Assembly (NCBI GenBank): GCA_964016885.1
Contig: OZ024753.1
Coordinates: forward strand, 19,530,001 to 19,594,000
Reading direction: 5' to 3'
DNA length: 64,000 nucleotides
Source of the DNA: Eledone cirrhosa
Taxonomy: Eukaryota
This document shows, piece after piece, positions 59,562 to 64,000 of the stretch (position 1 is the first letter of the stretch; each line of letters begins with the position of its first letter). The notes under the pieces were generated by a model. That model did no database searches. It had not been told where the DNA came from and saw only the letters and a list, made by a program, of their open reading frames with translations. The position numbers were made by a program, and so were the translations under genes.

Positions 59562-60297
59562 TATAAAGAATTAGTATGTCTACCCACATATATATACAGA
59601 TTTCATACCTATGCTAGCAAATATATGGGTTTTGTCTTAGTAACTTTGTGGTTCAATGCAAGGGGATGCAGAACAATTATATGAAAGACGTAAAATAAGA
59701 AAATTATAAAGATTTACTTACGAAAATTTCACTCCAACTAATTACTTTCTGAAAGGGAATAAACATGGTCCGATCGGAACAACATGGTGAAAAATCCTTT
59801 CCTCATCAGGGAGGTCTATTCTCAGCTAAGTTTCCTGGCAATGCGTGGACACAGGGAACTTATACAAAAATAATTCAGTGGATGGAAAAAAGCAAGCGAG
59901 GACTAAATTCCAGGACATTGAAAAAATCACTGCCTACTTGGTCGGTGGCAAGTTCAAAAGAATCGAGCACGTGACATCGAGGTTAATCAGTGAGGAGTGG
60001 GGTGCTAATAAGACACAGTTGCCTGACTATTACTATGAACCATAGTAGTAGTTTTGGCAAATGTTTGCTCAACAAAATAATTTCGAGATAATTATAAAGA
60101 ATTAGTATATCTACCAACAAATATATACAGATGCATACCTATGCTAGCAAATATATAGGTTCTTTCTTGGTAACTTTGTGGTTCAATGCAAGGGGATGCA
60201 GAACAATTATATGAAAGACGTAAAATAAGAAAATTATAAAAATTAACTTACTTACTAAAATTTCACTCCAACTAATTAGTTCCTGAAAGGGAATAAA
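59562..60297 (-). mobile_element. Retrozyme-like / Penelope-dependent non-autonomous element (~1.4 tandem monomers)
   Basis: ~200-bp direct repeats (59562-59763 and 60093-60297, offset ~531-534) around a unique core, bounded by (TA)n on both sides. A hammerhead fold spans the repeat/core junction on the minus strand. Confidence 0.65.
59732..59813 (-). ncRNA. Type I hammerhead ribozyme fold, probably partly decayed
   Basis: Minus strand reads stem I CUCC, CUGAUGA (59809-59803), stem II GAAAGG...CCUUUC with an internal UCCGAUCGGA palindrome, GAAA (59749-59746), GUAAUUAG, UU^, GGAG. The second repeat copy has a perfect CUAAUUAG palindrome in stem III but GGAA instead of GAAA. Confidence 0.7.
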
Positions 60298-60631
60298 TAT
60301 ATATGTATGTATATATATATATATATATATCTAAAAATATATGTATGTATATATATATATATATAAATATATATGTATATATATATATATATGTATATAA
60401 ATATATAGGTATATATATATATGTATATAAATATATATGTATATATATATATGTATATAAATTTATATATATATATATTTATATGTGTATATATATATAT
60501 ATGTATATAAATATATATATGTATATATATATATATGTATATATATTACATATGTATATATATATATGTATATAAATATATATATATACATATGTAATAT
60601 ATATACATATATATGTATACATATATATATT

Positions 60632-60681
<50 letters not shown>

Positions 60682-60761
60682 AATATATATGTATATATCT
60701 ATGTATATAAATATATATGTACATATATATGTATATAAATATATATGTACATATATATGTA
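60298..60761. repeat. Compound (TA)n / TATATG / TATAAA microsatellite
   Basis: Direct reading. Confidence 0.97.
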
Positions 60762-61371
60762 TGTCAGGTCACCAGTTGGTGCTACTGGTAACATGTATCC
60801 CAGTACAACCTGTCTCATGGTCGGGTCGTTGGCGACTAAACTGGCAACCCCACCAAGGTTTCTTGGTGAGGAGGATGACTTTGGACATCCTGCAGGACTA
60901 AAAACAAAACCTGTCAAAGGGCAAAGGAGCTCTTAAGAGTCAATGGCCATCCAAAATCACCGGGAGAGATGACCCCTTACCCTTTGTCAAGGCAGAATTC
61001 TAGGAGAAGGAAAACTCTGATATAACACCTGCAACCCTGATGGTATCCAATGATGTTGACTTGTTCTTCTTTTTGGTAAATATCATCTTGGTTAAGAGAG
61101 TGGGACTGGCTTTGTGCAGTGCCTTTGCTCACTATAAAAGCTTCACGGCACAGGCATTGCTTTATATCTGGAGATCTCTCTGCACTTGTCGTCACATGGT
61201 ACCATGGGCCCAACACTATGTGTCAATAATTGTCACAAGTGTAGTCTTTGTACCAGAGTTTTCAAGTCGCTGGCTGGACTAAAAAGTCACACTCGTTCAG
61301 CGCATCAGTAGGGGTTCTCCTACATGGATATAAAGTAGTGGCCGTACTCGAAAACGAGTTGGCAGCCACCA
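60762..61371 (+). mobile_element. Internally deleted RTE-clade LINE derivative (5'UTR joined to 3' end)
   Basis: RTE 5'UTR-like motif CTAGGAGAAGGAAAACTCTGA near 61000-61020. C-terminal C2H2 finger [23 protein letters not shown] (61240-61311), of the type found at RTE/BovB ORF ends. 3' hairpin ACTCG-AAAA-CGAGT just before the (TA)n tail. No endonuclease or RT seen. Confidence 0.75.
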
Positions 61372-61406
61372 TATAAATATATATGTATATATGTATATGT
61401 ATATAC

Positions 61407-61439
<33 letters not shown>

Positions 61440-61566
61440 TAAATATATATGTATATACATATATATGTATATATATATGTATATAAATATATAGGTATAT
61501 ATATATATGTATATAAATATATATTATATATATGTATATAAATTTATATATATATATATATATATA
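61372..61566. repeat. Compound (TA)n microsatellite
   Basis: Direct reading. Confidence 0.97.
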
Positions 61567-62841
61567 TATTATATTTAGAGTTTAAACTCAGTCATTTACA
61601 ATTAATCAGCTCAAAGAAAGAAGCATTTCCGAGCAGTGAAATACAAGTTAATATATATTAATATATGCTAAACACATACGTGTTTGTATTGTAAGAGACA
61701 AAGTTAGCTAGAATGAAATAAACTAATTAAAATGAATACAATTTGTCTGTCTCGATAGACAAGCATATATTGGCAAAAGCCGTGATTCCTGGACAAATTT
61801 AAATTTCAAAATCCAAACCTGCTCCGTAGATGAATTTGAACTTCGAAACCTAAATATATTTCGCAACGATGGTATAAAAATTGAAATATAAAAAAATTGA
61901 AATATACAAAGTGAACTATTCAAATCTTCTGTTCTTATCAACAGGAATCCAGTAAAATTAGTACATTTCACCTCCAAAAATTTTGCAGGACTGATTCACA
62001 CGTGGTATAATCAGCTATACTAGCCATCCCATACTCCCGGTGCTAGAAATAACAGCCGTTTATATGGGATTAAAAATTATTCTACGGTTAAGGAGCAATA
62101 ATATTATATTATATTTAGAGTTTAAACTTAAAGTCATTTACAATTAATCAGCTCAAAGAAAGAAGCATTTCCGAGCAGTGAAATACAAGTTAATATATAT
62201 TAATTGTTTCTACTTTAGGCACAAGGCCAGCAATTACCCAGTGCATTACTGGTACTTTATTTTATCTACCCGTAAGGATGAAAGGCAAAGTCAACCTCGG
62301 CGGGATTTGAACTCAGATCGTAAAGGGACGTAACTATGCTGGAAAGCATGGCGTCCGACCCTCTACCAATACTGCCAATCCACATATTAATATATGATAA
62401 ACACATACGTGTTTGTATTGTAAGAGACACAATTAGCTAGAATGAAATAAACTAATTAAAATGAATACAATTTGTCTGTCTCGATATAAGTCAATAAAGA
62501 CAAGCTTATATTGGCAAAAGCCGTGCTTCCTGGACAAATTTAAATTTCAAAATCCAAACCTGCTCCGTAGATGAATTTGAACTTCGAAACCTAATTTTTA
62601 ATCCGATATAAACGGCTGTTATTTCTAGCACCGGGACTATGGGATGGCTCGTATAGCTGATTATACCACGTGTGAATCAGTCCTGCAAAATTTTTGGAGG
62701 CGAAATGTACTAATTTTACTGGATTCCTGTTGATAAGCACAGAAGATTTGAATATTTCACTTTGTATATTTCAATTTTTTTATATTTCAATTTTTATACC
62801 ATCGTTGCAAAACATATTTAGGTTTCGAAGTTCAAATTCAT
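61566..62841. repeat. ~540-bp tandem duplication with an inverted segment in the second copy
   Basis: 61566-61853 is repeated directly at ~62106-62594 (interrupted by a SINE). 61830-62079 is repeated as its reverse complement at 62592-62841. The ORF track gives the same peptide on opposite strands (61723..61977 minus, 62694..63023 plus). Confidence 0.92.
62205..62383 (-). mobile_element. tRNA-derived SINE (same family as 54691-54874), 5' end 4 nt short
   Basis: About 8 differences in 180 nt from the first copy. 8-bp TSD ATATTAAT (62197-62204, 62384-62391). The empty site is preserved in the paralogous copy near 61650-61670. Confidence 0.93.
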
Positions 62842-63105
62842 GTTTTCTTTCCCTCTATATTTCCTTCTTCCCCCCATCTCTTCCTAGTCCCTCCACCCCA
62901 GAACTCCTTCCCTGTCTTATTTTCACCTTTTCGCCTACCTCGATGCAGCCCATCGGTCCTCTGTTGCCTCAGTACCCCCACCCTCCAAATTTTAAGATAG
63001 AATTGGCCGATTACGCTTTTTAATGCAGATGTGTTAGACCCCAGTAAATTGTTTTATTTCTGGTTGCTGCTCCATTTCTGTGGTTTCTAAGTTTCTTAGT
63101 GTTAC

Positions 63106-63185
63106 TTTTGTATTAGTATTTTGTATTAGTATTTTGAATTAATATCTTGTATTAGTATTTTTGTAGTAGTATTTTAGTATTTTTG
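63106..63185. repeat. 13-bp degenerate tandem repeat (TTTTGTATTAGTA), about 6 copies
   Basis: Direct reading. Confidence 0.8.
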
Positions 63186-63698
63186 TTCTCAACTTATTAA
63201 CCTGTCATTGTAAGATAGCATTGGCTGATTACTAACTATTTATAACAGTGGTGTTAGACCCCTGTAGAGCCGGCTTCATAAAATTCTTTCACTACAATCT
63301 CGTATTTAGTATTTTTCTCCACCTATTAATCTTTTCTATAGCTTAGCAATACCAATGAGAGATTTGTTGATTGTGGAAATGGAGTAGTAACCAGAAATTG
63401 TTCTTTTAATATATTTATTTCCTTATTTTTATAATGTTTTTTTTTACTCCCTTTCGATTTACCTATCCTTTCAACTCCCCCCTCCCCTTCTCCGGTACAC
63501 TTTTTTCGACTTTCTATTCATTATCCTTAGAATCTGGTGTATAGATTTCACTTTCAACGCTTGATTGAGTTTCCCCCACTCCCTCTTTCTTCAACCGGCA
63601 AGTTGAGCCACCCCTACCTCCAACCAAATGCAACACATTTTTACAAGACATTTTTGACCAGTCCTTTTGAGAATTACTATCTTCCCATATAAGGAATT

Positions 63699-63794
63699 AC
63701 CCCCTGAGAAGTTCGGCTATTTATTTAACAGGCTAAATATTCTTATTTAGTCCAGAATTAGCCGTCGAAACGGCTTGAGCTCTGCCGTCGGGGT
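63699..63794 (+). ncRNA. Type I hammerhead ribozyme fold with variant core
   Basis: Stem I ACCCC (63699-63703)/GGGGU (63790-63794); core CUGAGAAG (63704-63711); long stem II CGGCUA/UAGCCG enclosing GGCUAAAUA-UUCU-UAUUUAGUC; GAAA (63767-63770); stem III ACGGC/GCCGU with loop UUGAGCUCU; GUC^ at 63789. Confidence 0.75.
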
Positions 63795-63804
63795 CATACG
63801 TGTT

Positions 63805-63806
<2 letters not shown>

Positions 63807-63869
<63 letters not shown>

Positions 63870-63880
63870 GTATATATATA
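63807..63880. repeat. (TA)n microsatellite
   Basis: Direct reading. Confidence 0.97.
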
Positions 63881-64000
63881 TCCTCTTTGACGCTACATTT
63901 CTCTAGATGCTAATTAGTTACATAACAATTCACAAATATATATATATATACACTATTTCTATGGCACAATGCCCCCAATTGAATTCCATCCTAATTCCAC

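Noticed and set aside
61826-61853. TAGATGA...CGAAAC as a third hammerhead
   Set aside because: The core lacks CU, and stems II and III do not pair convincingly.
63031-63266. 16-bp direct repeat GTGTTAGACCCC(A/T)GTA at ~63031 and ~63251
   Set aside because: Too short and isolated to assign as LTR or TSD without other genomic copies.

Overview
This is eukaryotic, repeat-dominated DNA, probably from an octopod cephalopod (inferred from the SINE, mariner and RTE families, not proven). Positions 1-~54,040 are one uninterrupted head-to-tail satellite of a 32-bp monomer (ACTGAGACYAACTATGACAGTAGTAACACTGT, about 1,690 units by length/32), with a layered higher-order structure readable from diagnostic variant monomers. 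All ORFs over it are repeat artefacts. The last 10 kb hold: one plausible minus-strand coding exon abutting the array; two near-identical tRNA-derived SINEs in opposite orientation plus an older fragment; a 28/29-bp minisatellite; a mariner TIR remnant; and long (TA)n tracts carrying several small elements. Those elements are a 96-bp-arm CpG-rich foldback, a ~534-nt retrozyme-like unit with a type I hammerhead fold, an internally deleted RTE LINE with a possible HDV-like 5' fold, a tandem unit whose second copy has an inverted segment, and a second unrelated type I hammerhead fold with a variant core. The most interesting signal is this cluster of candidate self-cleaving-RNA retroelements in (TA)n. 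All folds were paired by eye and none is shown to be active.
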